Part shown: positions 63,695-64,000 of the stretch, in pieces
Numbering within the stretch: position 1 is the first letter of the stretch
Layout: every line of letters starts with the position of its first letter
From: a virus
Lineage: Duplodnaviria > Heunggongvirae > Uroviricota > Caudoviricetes
IMG/VR virus record: IMGVR_UViG_3300010365_001407
Span: 49,463-113,462 of that record
DNA length: 64,000 bases
Strand: one strand, 5' to 3'
Made by a program: the position numbers and the translations under genes
The notes under the pieces: generated by a model
Databases searched by the model: none
What the model was told of the DNA's origin: nothing
The model's input: the letters and a program-made list of their open reading frames with translations, nothing else

Positions 63695-63924
63695 TATTCT
63701 TCTGCTTCTCCAAAGTAATAATCTAAATCTATTTCATCTAAAGTATTTATAATATCATTGTAAGGTACTAATCTTTCTACTATTTCTAAAACCAATTTAT
63801 TATAACCTTTCCACTTTTCAATATCACATCCAAGAATTTCTTCTAGTTTCTCATCTACTGTTAATGTTACAAATTGATTCTTATAATAAAAGGTTGATTC
63901 ATAGTATTCATCTTCATGATTCAA
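63694..63924 (-). CDS. hypothetical acidic protein
   Basis: 76-aa ORF. Confidence 0.4.
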   Translation of the reverse strand: MNHEDEYYESTFYYKNQFVTLTVDEKLEEILGCDIEKWKGYNKLVLEIVERLVPYNDIINTLDEIDLDYYFGEAEE

Positions 63925-64000
63925 TGATAGAATTACTAATACACCATCTTCAATTTTACCTAAGTATTCAATTATATCATTGAATCATGAAGATGAATAC

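Noticed and set aside
1-64000. CRISPR arrays, rRNA genes, integrase/attachment sites.
   Set aside because: No regularly spaced short direct repeats, no rRNA-like GC-rich kb-scale blocks, and no tyrosine or serine recombinase motifs recognised in any ORF.

Overview
AT-rich window (GC about 30% by eye; GC-richer islands are tRNAs) that looks like part of a large, jumbo-type tailed bacteriophage genome. It is gene-dense on both strands and has many rho-independent hairpin terminators of the form AAAACC..GGTTTT. There are two minus-strand tRNA arrays, 14 tRNA genes in total; the second array is bracketed by an identical 79-bp direct repeat.

A translation-takeover gene set is present: SmpB, a four-repeat ribosomal-protein-S1-like protein, a GatB/YqeY-domain protein and a pol-beta nucleotidyltransferase. 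Other recognisable functions are an ECF-like sigma factor, NAD-dependent DNA ligase, thioredoxin, a CoaE-like kinase, an HD hydrolase, an M16 peptidase, a DnaJ-like co-chaperone and a T4 gp46 / SbcC-like ATPase. Three DNA methyltransferase families are represented: a C5-cytosine MTase (partial, at the window edge), a gamma-class N6-adenine MTase, and Dam. The gamma-class gene sits convergent to a candidate PD-(D/E)xK nuclease, so a Type II R-M pair is possible.

Ten homing-endonuclease-like genes (LAGLIDADG, GIY-YIG, HNH, and zinc-finger plus Vsr/DUF559-like folds) occur in 64 kb. One of them is flanked by a partial duplication of the 3' end of the gp46-like gene.

The structural block contains two proteins of about 1800 aa with W-x-x-G-x-F-N-G-G-x-F repeats and proteins of 1066 and 1433 aa. 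It also has a YadA/Hep_Hag-like repeat fibre, a tail-collar-domain protein, and an FN3 protein ending in a mini-intein-like Hint domain that lacks a +1 nucleophile. An SPFH/flotillin gene is split over three reading frames.

A near-palindromic TTAATATATA motif lies 8-25 nt upstream of many start codons and is a candidate phage promoter. No CRISPR array, rRNA or tmRNA was found.
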